62,828 bases of DNA from Eubacterium sp. (lineage in GTDB: Bacteria; Bacillota; Clostridia; Oscillospirales; Acutalibacteraceae). Of this stretch, positions 29,240 to 38,337 are shown piece by piece (the first letter of the stretch is position 1; every line of letters begins with the position of its first letter). The notes under the pieces were generated by a model. That model was given only the letters and a program-made list of their open reading frames with translations, did no database searches and was not told the DNA's origin. Made by a program: the position numbers and the translations under genes. Where the stretch lies: positions 1 through 62,828 of the forward strand of contig JAFLSA010000001.1 in the NCBI GenBank assembly GCA_022511185.1, in the 5' to 3' direction.

Positions 29240-30391
29240 TTATTTTAAATAATTCACTGTTTTAACTACGTTGCCGTTTTTAACATACACTCTCGGAACA
29301 CGGCGTGAAATACGGCAAGGAAGCTCGTAATTAAAGGAGTGTGCGAGCCCCGATACTTCCTCCATAGTCAGCACTGCATTACCGTCAGCACCGATAAGAG
29401 TGACCTCGTCCTCCATTTTTACATCAGGGATATCCGTAACGTCAACCATAAACTGATCCATACAAACTCTGCCGATAATGTTTGCATATCTGCCGTTTAT
29501 GATAACTCTTCCCTTATTTGTCAGGCATCTCGGGTATCCGTCGGCGTAACCCACAGGAATAGTGGCAACAACCGTTTTTTTCTCCGTTTTATATGTACCG
29601 CCGTAGGATATTTCCCTTCCGGCATCTAACGTTTTGATATGGCTTATATGCGTTTTCCACGCCAAAGCAGGCTTGATATCAAGGAGCGTCTTGTCAACCT
29701 CTTCAGACGGATAAAGTCCATAAAGAATAATGCCCGCACGCACCATATCAAGCATATCGCCAAGCACCATAATGCCTGCTGAATTATTAATATGCTTAAT
29801 CGGAACAGATATTCCCCTGTCACTAAGCATTGAAGCAAAAGAGTTAAAAAGTTCTTTCTGATTGATTGTCTTGGATAAATCCTTTTCATCAGCGGTGGCA
29901 AAATGAGAAAACAGACCCTCTGCCTTAATATTCGGCAGGGCGGTTATTTTTTTGCAGATATCTGCACTTTTCTCATCAACCTGAAAGCCGATTCTGCTCA
30001 TACCCGTATCAATGCAGAAGTGAAAAAATGCAGTCCTCCCCTGCCTGCCGGCCTCGTCAGATAACGCCTTTGCCGTATCATAGGAGAAAATAGGAATGCG
30101 AATATCATTTTTCACAACCTCATCATACTGCTGTGGTGACACGTAGCCGAGAACAAGGATAGGCTTTTTAAGTCCTGCGTGGGTAAGCTCCTGAGCCTCC
30201 TCAACGCACGCAACGCCGAAAAAGTCACATTTATCCTCAATGAGCCTGCCTATCTCAACAGCGCCGTGGCCGTAGGCATCAGCTTTTATGACTGCAAGAA
30301 GCTTTGAATTTGAGTCAAGCTTTTTCAGTATACTTTCAATATTGTATTCAACTATATCTAAATCGATTTTTGCATACGTTCTATGATACAT
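29240..30391 (-). CDS. alr: alanine racemase
   Basis: AVIKADAYGHG (PLP lysine), DTGMSRIG, SHFATAD, GYADG and GRVCMDQ motifs. Confidence 0.96.
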   Translation of the reverse strand: MYHRTYAKIDLDIVEYNIESILKKLDSNSKLLAVIKADAYGHGAVEIGRLIEDKCDFFGVACVEEAQELTHAGLKKPILVLGYVSPQQYDEVVKNDIRIPIFSYDTAKALSDEAGRQGRTAFFHFCIDTGMSRIGFQVDEKSADICKKITALPNIKAEGLFSHFATADEKDLSKTINQKELFNSFASMLSDRGISVPIKHINNSAGIMVLGDMLDMVRAGIILYGLYPSEEVDKTLLDIKPALAWKTHISHIKTLDAGREISYGGTYKTEKKTVVATIPVGYADGYPRCLTNKGRVIINGRYANIIGRVCMDQFMVDVTDIPDVKMEDEVTLIGADGNAVLTMEEVSGLAHSFNYELPCRISRRVPRVYVKNGNVVKTVNYLK

Positions 30392-30476
30392 TATTTCGCC
30401 TCTTAAAGTTCAGCTTATTTAAATATATTTTAATACCGAATATTAAAAAAGTAAAGATAAAAAACGCTTGTAAATG

Positions 30477-30570
30477 AAAAGAAGGCCGGAACATTATCCG
30501 ACCTTCCCCTCTCTGTTATTACAAACTATGGAGGACCATGATTTGAAGCGGTGCGGCCCGCCTCAAGTCT
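30477..30570 (-). ncRNA. putative small regulatory RNA (~95 nt)
   Basis: own TTGACA-17-TATAAT promoter; 5' hairpin UUGAGGCGG/CCGCUUCAA; single-stranded GUCCUCCAU; terminator GAAGGUCGGA/UCCGGCCUUC-UUUU; no plausible ORF. Confidence 0.7.
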
Positions 30571-30576
30571 AAGTGT

Positions 30577-30605
30577 ATTATAGTATATGTTGCATAATAT
30601 GTCAA
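30577..30605 (-). promoter_or_regulatory. consensus sigma-A promoter of the putative sRNA
   Basis: perfect TTGACA-N17-TATAAT on the minus strand. Confidence 0.85.
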
Positions 30606-30721
30606 TATCTTTGTTAATGTTTTTTATATAATTTCACAATTATTTGCGATAATATTCTCCTTTTAAAAAAATGAAATTATTTTTTACAGTGTCAATTTTT
30701 GGACTATGTATCTTTTTTCGA

Positions 30722-30750
30722 TTGACTTAGAACATTTGTTCGTATAATAT
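30722..30750 (+). promoter_or_regulatory. sigma-A promoter with a LexA (SOS/Cheo) box in the spacer
   Basis: TTGACT...TATAAT(AT) with aGAAC-attt-GTTCg (core 30730-30741). Confidence 0.78.
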
Positions 30751-30808
30751 ATGGTCATATACCAATGGAATTTTGCTAAGAAACATAAACGAAAGAAGGT
30801 ATAAACGT

Positions 30809-31024
30809 ATGACTATAGATGAACTTGCTAACGAGTATGAGATACAGTATAAAATTGTCTGTGCAAAAATGGACGGGCTTAAGCCGCTTTTGAGCATTTA
30901 CTCGGGAGAGGACCTTTTGCTCCTTAGAAAAAAACTTAAAATCTATTATGATATGGCGTGTGAATGTAAAAGAATTTCAAATCTTCTTTTGCATTATTAT
31001 GATGAGGAGGAGACGTATGATTGA
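30809..31024 (+). CDS. small hypothetical helical protein (71 aa)
   Basis: ATG at 30809 after GAAGGT; stop overlaps the start of the next gene. Confidence 0.72.
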   Translation: MTIDELANEYEIQYKIVCAKMDGLKPLLSIYSGEDLLLLRKKLKIYYDMACECKRISNLLLHYYDEEETYD

Positions 31025-31337
31025 TTTTGTTGAAGAATTTATGAGCCCTGTTGAAACTGAAGATAACGGCTTTGACGAGCAGAGAATACTGATAAAATCA
31101 ATATCAAAGGTCTTGCCCGTTATCATAAAAAACGAGCTTACACAAAGGCAGAATTTATGCCTGAGAATGTTTTACGTTCACGGTAAAAGTCAGGTGGAAA
31201 TTGCAAGAGAGCTAAGACTTTCCCAGCCGACTGTCAGCAGGCACATTTCAACAGCAAAGGCAATTGTAAACAAATGCCTTGCATACTGCTTTTACTCAGT
31301 CAAGCAGGCAAATGAACAGTGGCTGAAAATGGAATGA
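31017..31337 (+). CDS. stand-alone sigma-70 region 4-type HTH protein (106 aa)
   Basis: LTQRQNLCLRMFYVHGKSQVEIARELRLSQPTVSRHISTA; GAGGAGG RBS; no sigma region 2. Confidence 0.82.
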   Translation: MIDFVEEFMSPVETEDNGFDEQRILIKSISKVLPVIIKNELTQRQNLCLRMFYVHGKSQVEIARELRLSQPTVSRHISTAKAIVNKCLAYCFYSVKQANEQWLKME

Positions 31338-31458
31338 TCAGCCACCGTTCCGGTAGGCGCTGATTAATTACCGACTGATGCCTTAGCGCCTACTCTATAC
31401 CACAACTGATACAGCAATGGCTATTTTAAAGGAGTAATCCACCATTGCCAACAGCTGA

Positions 31459-31501
31459 AAACGCACCTCACAGATTATTCTATGAGGTGCGTTTGCTTTT
31501 T
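31459..31501. terminator. bidirectional terminator
   Basis: AAACGCACCTCA/TGAGGTGCGTTT 12-bp stem with T-runs on both strands. Confidence 0.75.
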
Positions 31502-31561
31502 GTTCAGGTTGAGCAAAGCAAATCAGACCCAAACCGTGTTCGGATTTGGTTTACTTTGCTC

Positions 31562-32323
31562 TTATAAACTAATTAAAACAGCCGCTATAAACAGTATAGC
31601 ATATAAGATAGGCTGATGTGCAATATAAACCCAAAGGCTGTTCCTGCCGACAAAGCTCAAAAACTTACTGTGCTTTTTATACATAGCTTCGGGAAGTTTT
31701 TCATCGACGGCGATTTTACCGACAAAAGAGCCGAAGAAGAACATAAATATCCACGGCAGAATCGGGAAATAATCGGCACTGTGAAAGCTCTTATTATGAA
31801 ACCCGAGCGGAGCAAGAAAATTGTACTGATAAATACCCTCTGGCAGATTGATAAGTCCAAAGCAGAGCTTACCGCCCTCAATACCGTAAAGAAATAAAAA
31901 CATAATCAGCGAAATAAGTGCGCCTATCCTGTAGTCAAGTTTCTTAATAAGCGGCATTAAAAGTCCCGTAATTATCATACATATACCAAGACAGTGCAAA
32001 ATTCCGAAATAAATCTCTGCGCCTGCAAAGCCGAGAAGCGGCATAATTAAGGCAGTCACAAGAGTAATAACCCCGCCGCAGACAAGAACGATTATTCCCC
32101 TCTTGACGCTATTCCTTGAAAGCCTTGAACACATACCCGATATGATGATAAACGCTGCCCAGAAAATCGGCTGAACAATACAAAGTGCATCAAAAACCTT
32201 ATATCCCCAGCCAAGTCCGAGAACGTCACCGACATCTAAAAATGCGTGATGAAAAATCATACATATAATCGCAAAGCCTCTGATTTCATCAAGCATATGA
32301 ATTCTTTTTTTATTTTCAATCAT
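31562..32323 (-). CDS. DUF1624 / heparan-alpha-glucosaminide N-acetyltransferase-like membrane protein
   Basis: RIHMLDEIRG, FGILHCLG, SADYFPILPW and GRNSLWVYIAHQP motifs. Confidence 0.82.
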   Translation of the reverse strand: MIENKKRIHMLDEIRGFAIICMIFHHAFLDVGDVLGLGWGYKVFDALCIVQPIFWAAFIIISGMCSRLSRNSVKRGIIVLVCGGVITLVTALIMPLLGFAGAEIYFGILHCLGICMIITGLLMPLIKKLDYRIGALISLIMFLFLYGIEGGKLCFGLINLPEGIYQYNFLAPLGFHNKSFHSADYFPILPWIFMFFFGSFVGKIAVDEKLPEAMYKKHSKFLSFVGRNSLWVYIAHQPILYAILFIAAVLISL

Positions 32324-32426
32324 CAGGTTATCACCTTCTTCTATATCTATGAATATTGTACCACAATTGTTTAATATTGTATATAACAAAAAAATATGAT
32401 ATAATTATTAGCCGAGGTGTTAATTT

Positions 32427-32816
32427 ATGAAAGAATTTACCGCAAAGCTTGAGGGAACTGCTGTTACAACGGTTGACCCTTCAAATACAGCAAAGGCTGT
32501 TAAGTCAGGAAGCCTTGACGTATTTGCTACACCTATGATGATTGCTCTTATGGAGGAGGCAACCTGTATCGCCTGTGCGCCTCTGCTTGACGAAGGCGAG
32601 ACGACGGTCGGCACCTGCGTATCCGTCACCCACGATAAAGCAAGCGGACTTGGTGAAGTAATCACAGCTTATGCAACTCTCGAAAATACCGACGGCAGAA
32701 GGCTGACATTTTCAGTGCAGGCAAAGGACGAAAACGATAACGTTATCGGTAAAGGATCAATTGAAAGATTTGTCGTCCTTGAAGACAAATTTATGAAAAG
32801 GGTAAACGGCGTATGA
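32427..32816 (+). CDS. FlK-like hotdog-fold thioesterase
   Basis: SGSLDVFATPMMIALMEEA and TTVG...VTH motifs. Confidence 0.85.
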   Translation: MKEFTAKLEGTAVTTVDPSNTAKAVKSGSLDVFATPMMIALMEEATCIACAPLLDEGETTVGTCVSVTHDKASGLGEVITAYATLENTDGRRLTFSVQAKDENDNVIGKGSIERFVVLEDKFMKRVNGV

Positions 32817-33988
32817 GATACAGTGCAGTAATTTTTGATTTTGACGGAACTATATGCGACACCGGTGAAGGTATACTCAAAAGTGCCGCATACGCTTTAG
32901 AGGCATTCGGCTATGAGGTGCCGGAGGATAATGAGCTTACCTGCTTTATCGGCCCTCCGCTTCTCATAACGTTTCAGGAAAAATTCGGTGCTGATCCTGC
33001 AAGAGCAGACGAGCTTGTGAGAAAATTCCGTGAGCGTTACACCAATAAAGGAATATTTGAAAGCAGGCTTTATGACGGCATAAAGGAGCTTTTGATTGCG
33101 CTTAAAAAGGATAATTTGAAAATAGGCATCGCATCGTCAAAGCCGCAGGATTATATTGAAACTCTGCTTGATCATTTTGGTATCAAATCATATTTTGACG
33201 TAATCTGCGGCGTGACCTTTACCGCCGATTGCGAGTCGAAAACAAGCATTATTGCAAGGTGTCAGAAGGAGCTTGAAATCCCCGGAAACAACTGCCTTAT
33301 GGTAGGCGACAAGAGCTATGACATTGAGGGAGCAAAGACAAATTTAATTGATTCTGTCGGTGTTTTGTGGGGCTACGGCACAAAGTTTGAGCATATCGAG
33401 GCAGGCGCAAAATTCATAGCCTGCAAGGTTGAAGATGTCGAATCCATTGCTCTCGGCTTTTACGAGCAGACCGAGGAGGTACAGGGTATCTTCAGCGGAA
33501 AAATAATAAACGTTCACGTAGACAACGTTACACTTGTTGACGGCACCGAGGCAGTCCGTGAGGTTGTTGACCACCCCGGCGGAGTTGCCGTTGTCGGTCT
33601 TACTGATAATAATGAAATTATTATGGTAAGGCAGTTCAGGTATCCGTACAAGGAAACGATTTACGAAATTCCTGCAGGCAAGCTTGAAAAGGGAGAAGAT
33701 CCCAAGGAAGCGGGAATTCGTGAATTCAAAGAGGAATGCGGTGCAACTGCCGAGAGCTTTGAATGGCTCGGCGAAATTTATCCTACACCCGGCTACTGCG
33801 GTGAAATAATACGTCTTTTCTATGCCAAAGGTTTGACCTTCGGCGATCAGGATTTAGACGATGATGAATATTTAGACGTAATTAAAATGCCGTTTAGCGA
33901 ATGTGTATCAAAAATAATGAACGGCGAAATCAAGGACGCAAAAACAATTATAGGTGTACTTAAATTAAAGGAATTATTAAATTTATGA
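32813..33988 (+). CDS. HAD phosphatase fused to a Nudix (ADP-ribose pyrophosphatase-like) hydrolase
   Basis: N-terminal DFDGT and MVGDKSYD; C-terminal VVDHPGG, RQFRYP and Nudix box GKLEKGEDPKEAGIREFKEECG. Confidence 0.85.
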   Translation: MRYSAVIFDFDGTICDTGEGILKSAAYALEAFGYEVPEDNELTCFIGPPLLITFQEKFGADPARADELVRKFRERYTNKGIFESRLYDGIKELLIALKKDNLKIGIASSKPQDYIETLLDHFGIKSYFDVICGVTFTADCESKTSIIARCQKELEIPGNNCLMVGDKSYDIEGAKTNLIDSVGVLWGYGTKFEHIEAGAKFIACKVEDVESIALGFYEQTEEVQGIFSGKIINVHVDNVTLVDGTEAVREVVDHPGGVAVVGLTDNNEIIMVRQFRYPYKETIYEIPAGKLEKGEDPKEAGIREFKEECGATAESFEWLGEIYPTPGYCGEIIRLFYAKGLTFGDQDLDDDEYLDVIKMPFSECVSKIMNGEIKDAKTIIGVLKLKELLNL

Positions 33989-35139
33989 CGGCTTATCTCG
34001 ACAATTCAGCAACAACAAAGCCCTGCAAAGAATGTGCAGATGCGGTGACAGAAATGCTCCTGAATAACTGGGGCAACCCCTCAAGCCTGCACAATCTCGG
34101 CATAAATGCAATGAAGGAGGTTATAACGGCAAGAACTGTTATAGCTGACTCACTCGGTGTCAGCCGTGAGGAAATCGTTTTTACCTCCGGCGGTACTGAG
34201 GCAAATAACCTTGCCATTTTCGGCGCAGTTAAGGCAAGAAAACGGCTCGGAGGCAGAATTGTCACCACAGCTATTGAACACGAAAGTGTGCTACAGTCGG
34301 CACAGGAGCTTGAAAAACAAGGCTTTGAAGTGATATATCTGAAGCCTGATAAAAACGGAAATATCACAAAAGAACAGCTTTTTGACGCTGTTGATAAAAA
34401 CACTATTCTTATCTCAATGATGTATATCAACAACGAGGTCGGCACGGTTATGCCCGTGGAATCTATCAAACGTGCCGTCAAAAAAGCTGGATCCCCTGCA
34501 CTTATTCACATCGACTGCGTGCAGGCTTACGGCAAAGTGAGCATAAATGCAAAAAAACTTGGTGCAGACCTGATAACAGTATCAGCGCACAAAATACACG
34601 GTCCTAAGGGAATCGGCGCTCTTTATGTAAACAAAGAGGCTAACCTCACCGATCAGAACTTTGCACAGATCTTTGGCGGAGAGCAAGAGAAAAAAATCCG
34701 TCCCGGAACGGAAAGCTCGCCGCTTATTGCAGGCTTCGGCGCTGCAGTAAAGGCCCTGCCTGCTATAAACGAGCAGAAAAAGTTGATAGCCGAGCTTAAC
34801 TGCTACGCAAGAGAACAGCTTGGAAAAATTGCCGGTCTGCGCTTTAATAATGACGAGAGCGCATCCCCTTACATCATTAATATATATATTCCCACGTTTA
34901 TGAGAAGCCAAACGATTTTGCAGGAGCTTTCATCAAACTACAGCGTTTACGTCAGCAACGGCTCAGCGTGTGCTAAGGGCAAAAAGAGCCACGTACTAAG
35001 TGCAATGGGTCTTGACGATGAAACACTTGACAAAAGCATAAGAATCAGCTTTTGTAGATACAACACAAAAGAAAACGTTGACCTTTTGGTCAGCGCATTA
35101 AAAGATTTAATTAACAAACACCCTTTGGAGAAGATATGA
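33985..35139 (+). CDS. cysteine desulfurase (IscS/NifZ-like)
   Basis: YLDNSATT, FTSGGTE, SAHKIHGPKG and SNGSAC motifs; adjacent to thiI. Confidence 0.92.
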   Translation: MTAYLDNSATTKPCKECADAVTEMLLNNWGNPSSLHNLGINAMKEVITARTVIADSLGVSREEIVFTSGGTEANNLAIFGAVKARKRLGGRIVTTAIEHESVLQSAQELEKQGFEVIYLKPDKNGNITKEQLFDAVDKNTILISMMYINNEVGTVMPVESIKRAVKKAGSPALIHIDCVQAYGKVSINAKKLGADLITVSAHKIHGPKGIGALYVNKEANLTDQNFAQIFGGEQEKKIRPGTESSPLIAGFGAAVKALPAINEQKKLIAELNCYAREQLGKIAGLRFNNDESASPYIINIYIPTFMRSQTILQELSSNYSVYVSNGSACAKGKKSHVLSAMGLDDETLDKSIRISFCRYNTKENVDLLVSALKDLINKHPLEKI

Positions 35140-36308
35140 AAGAAATTATACTTATAAAAAATGGTGAGCTTGCCCTCAAGGGACTTAACAGGAACACCTT
35201 TGAGGACATACTCATTAAGAATATGAAAAAGAAGCTTTCTGATTTAGGCAGCTTCGAATTTACAAAAAGCCAGTCAACTATTATGGTTGACCCTCTTGAC
35301 AGCGATATCGACCTTGACGATGCAGTTGACAGGCTGTCAAAGGTATTTGGTATCGCTGCCCTTTCACGTGCGTGTGTGTGTGAAAAGGATTTTGAGGTTA
35401 TCAAGAAAACTGCAGTAGAATATCTCGAGGAACAGCTTGAAGATGCAAAAACCTTTAAGGTTGAGGCAAAGCGCTCCGATAAAAAATTCCCTATGAAATC
35501 GCCTGAGATATGCAGGGAAACAGGTGGATATATCCTTTCAAAATTCCACAATCTCAAGGTTGACGTTCATAATCCTGACGTTATCGTTACCGTTGAGGTG
35601 CGTGACAAGTACGCCTTCGTGCGCGGCAACAACATAAAGGGTGCATGCGGTATGCCGACAGGCACAAGCGGCAGAGCAGGCATTTTGATAAGCGGTGGTA
35701 TTGACTCACCCGTTGCCGCATATATGATGGCAAAGAGGGGTATGGAGCTTTGTGCAATTCATTTTGCATCTCCCCCTTACACCTCAGAGCTTGCTGAAAT
35801 GAAGGTTATGGAGCTTCTCAAAAGGGTTGCAAAATATTCAGGCGTAATCACAACGTACGTTGTCCCCTTTACGGAGATACAGGAGGCGATACGTGATCTT
35901 TGCCCCGAGGAATATTTCACCATAATTATGAGAAGAATTATGATGATGATATCTGAAAAAATAGCACTCAGTCAGAATTGCAGTGCGCTTATCACAGGCG
36001 AAAGCGTGGGTCAGGTTGCAAGCCAGACAATATATGCTCTTGCCTGCACGGACTGTGCAGCTAATATGCCTGTTTTCAGACCGTGTATCGGTATGGATAA
36101 GCAGGAAATCATAGCGATATCGAGGAAAATTGACACCTTTGAAACCTCAATTCAGCCATATGAGGACTGCTGTACAGTGTTTACACCAAAGCACCCAAAG
36201 ACAAGACCTCAGCTTGAAGACGTTATCAAGGCTGAAAAAAATATTGAAAATCTTGATGAGCTTATGACAGATGCAATAAATAATGCTAAAAAGGTGATTA
36301 TCAGATAA
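35136..36308 (+). CDS. thiI: tRNA 4-thiouridine synthase ThiI
   Basis: GELALKG.NR, THUMP domain, SGGIDSPVA PP-loop, GQVASQT and EDCC motifs. Confidence 0.95.
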   Translation: MKEIILIKNGELALKGLNRNTFEDILIKNMKKKLSDLGSFEFTKSQSTIMVDPLDSDIDLDDAVDRLSKVFGIAALSRACVCEKDFEVIKKTAVEYLEEQLEDAKTFKVEAKRSDKKFPMKSPEICRETGGYILSKFHNLKVDVHNPDVIVTVEVRDKYAFVRGNNIKGACGMPTGTSGRAGILISGGIDSPVAAYMMAKRGMELCAIHFASPPYTSELAEMKVMELLKRVAKYSGVITTYVVPFTEIQEAIRDLCPEEYFTIIMRRIMMMISEKIALSQNCSALITGESVGQVASQTIYALACTDCAANMPVFRPCIGMDKQEIIAISRKIDTFETSIQPYEDCCTVFTPKHPKTRPQLEDVIKAEKNIENLDELMTDAINNAKKVIIR

Positions 36309-37429
36309 TGAGTGAGGAAAAAGACGATATTGAAAAAATCCTTTCTGATTACAAGGAGAGGCGGGATAATAGCGAGCGTGAGCCGATTTTACCATTAGAG
36401 CCGCCAAAACGCAGAGAGGACTACATTGATTTTTCAAAGCCTGATGAGGAAGAAGAATCAAATAAAAAACCTAAGAAGCCTAAAAAGACCCCTGAGGAGC
36501 TTGAAAAAATAAAGGCTCTGAAAAAGGAAAAAGCAGAAAAGACAAAAGAAAAAAGCAAAGCAATTTTAAAAAAGATTAAAAAGGGTTTGTTTAATAAAAG
36601 GAATCTGATTATCCTGATTTCACTCGCTGTGGTTGTGACAGGTATTTTCGGTATAAAATATGCCGTAGAGCAGTCAAAATCAGCTTATCTTAAGCCTTAT
36701 CAGCAAAAGTATCCTGACGCAGAATTTCAGGTGGGTATGCTTGAAAAGTATTGTGACAAATTCGGTCAGAATCCGAATACCGTCGGCTTTCTTGAAATAC
36801 CTGATATTGAATTAAGAACTGCCGTGAGCAGTGATAAAAACACTTTCCCAAATGCTCAAGGCTGTACGAAGGGTGCCGAGCAGTTTAACTATGTTGTGTA
36901 TCTTGATGACAACAGCCTTGAAAGCATCTATTCAAGCGCACAGGCGTATAATAACTCGAGCGGATATATGCTTTATTCCGATCTTTTTAATGAATACAGC
37001 TTTAAGGTTGTAGGTGCATTTTACACAAACACAAAGGCGGAGGACGACGGCGGATATATCTTCCCGTATAACGTTACGGAAAAAATGACTGTTGATTCTA
37101 TGGCGGACTTTATATCAAAGCTTGAAAGCAGATTTATCTACACAACAGGCGTCAACGTTACAAGGCAGGATACACTCCTTACAATTTCCTGCCCTACAGA
37201 TTACAGAGAGGACTTTCGTTTTGTCGTAGTCGGTGTCCTTAGAGATGATGCTGACAGCAAATGGACCGCAACAGAAAAAAGCAAGATTCATTACCAGCAG
37301 GTAATTTATGACGAAATGGGAATTGATAATCCATACAGGTTTGCCTCAAAATGGTATCCTGAAATAATCGTAACAGATAAAGAGGGAAACGAAAAAACGA
37401 TACAAAAAAGCATAGAGGATTATAAATGA
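36308..37429 (+). CDS. class B sortase-like membrane protein, probably degenerate
   Basis: TM anchor; NPNTVGFLEIP, YSFKVVGAF and DTLLTISC...RFVVVG match the SrtB layout, but there is no YGH histidine. Confidence 0.65.
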   Translation: MSEEKDDIEKILSDYKERRDNSEREPILPLEPPKRREDYIDFSKPDEEEESNKKPKKPKKTPEELEKIKALKKEKAEKTKEKSKAILKKIKKGLFNKRNLIILISLAVVVTGIFGIKYAVEQSKSAYLKPYQQKYPDAEFQVGMLEKYCDKFGQNPNTVGFLEIPDIELRTAVSSDKNTFPNAQGCTKGAEQFNYVVYLDDNSLESIYSSAQAYNNSSGYMLYSDLFNEYSFKVVGAFYTNTKAEDDGGYIFPYNVTEKMTVDSMADFISKLESRFIYTTGVNVTRQDTLLTISCPTDYREDFRFVVVGVLRDDADSKWTATEKSKIHYQQVIYDEMGIDNPYRFASKWYPEIIVTDKEGNEKTIQKSIEDYK

Positions 37430-37432
37430 GAA

Positions 37433-37460
37433 AAGCCGCTGAGCTAATGCTCAGCGGCTT
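37433..37460. terminator. terminator between convergent genes
   Basis: AAGCCGCTGAGC-taat-GCTCAGCGGCTT. Confidence 0.75.
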
Positions 37461-37479
37461 AAATGTTATATTTTATTTA

Positions 37480-38337
37480 TTAATCCTGAGTTGGCTTAAA
37501 ATCAAAGTTTGAAGCGTTGTAGCCAAAGTATTTTTCAACTATCGGAGTAAACTCGTCAGCGTCATTGTACTCAGCACTCTTAAGCTCATAAATAGCCTCG
37601 TTATATGCCTCTTCAATCCAATCCCACTTTTGAAAAGCATATACGTAGCTGATTGTGTCAAGCTCGCTGTCAAGCACCTTGAGGCCGTCAATACCTTCTG
37701 TGACGTTGAAGGTAAACTCGTCGATGATGATAACGTCAATCTTGCCTGCCTTTAAGTCAGCAATTGCACTTGCGGCATCAGCATAATCCTTAACGCTCTT
37801 CATACCGTCCTTAATAACTGCATTCTTATCAAGAGCTGTCATTGCCGTGTCTGAAACAACACCGGCATTCACGCCGCCAAGATCTGCATATGTGCTGATT
37901 TTGCTGTCATTAGTTGTTACAGCGATTACTCTGTTATCAATGATGTCCTTTGTAAAGGTATGGTCTTTATTAAATGAGCCTGTGTTCTTCTCAATTCCGC
38001 CGACCATTACGTATGCAATATAATCATTGCCATCCTCGTCGGTATATGCTGTATCCTCACCGATTCTATAATCCTCTTCAACCTGAACAAACTTATAATT
38101 TTTATAGTCATACTTAATGTTATTGAAAATCTTGCCCATAAGCTCAACGTCAAAGCCTGTAAGATTGCCGTCCTCGCCTGTGTAAATAAAAGGCGCTTTC
38201 TCAGCAGTATAGGCAATAAGCATAGTTTTGTCAGTAATTTCCTCAGCAATATTGTTTGATGATGAACAGCCTGCAAAGCAGAGCATAACAAATATTGCAG
38301 AAAGAAGAACCGCAACCACTTTTTTCATGTTTTTCAT
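37480..38337 (-). CDS. amino-acid ABC transporter substrate-binding lipoprotein (family 3)
   Basis: FAGC lipobox; APF.Y....G.LTGFDVEL; DLKAGKIDVIIID. Confidence 0.85.
   Translation of the reverse strand: MKNMKKVVAVLLSAIFVMLCFAGCSSSNNIAEEITDKTMLIAYTAEKAPFIYTGEDGNLTGFDVELMGKIFNNIKYDYKNYKFVQVEEDYRIGEDTAYTDEDGNDYIAYVMVGGIEKNTGSFNKDHTFTKDIIDNRVIAVTTNDSKISTYADLGGVNAGVVSDTAMTALDKNAVIKDGMKSVKDYADAASAIADLKAGKIDVIIIDEFTFNVTEGIDGLKVLDSELDTISYVYAFQKWDWIEEAYNEAIYELKSAEYNDADEFTPIVEKYFGYNASNFDFKPTQD

Noticed and set aside
30528-30572. Plus-strand mini-ORFs antisense to the sRNA (MEDHDLKRCGPPQV; M-I-stop after GGAGG) as a type I toxin
   Set aside because: Not hydrophobic; the longer ORF lacks an RBS and no plus-strand promoter was seen.
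31338-31500. 6S, SRP, tmRNA or tRNA identity for the multi-hairpin region
   Set aside because: No long rod with central bubble, no SRP domain IV motif, and no T-loop or acceptor stem.
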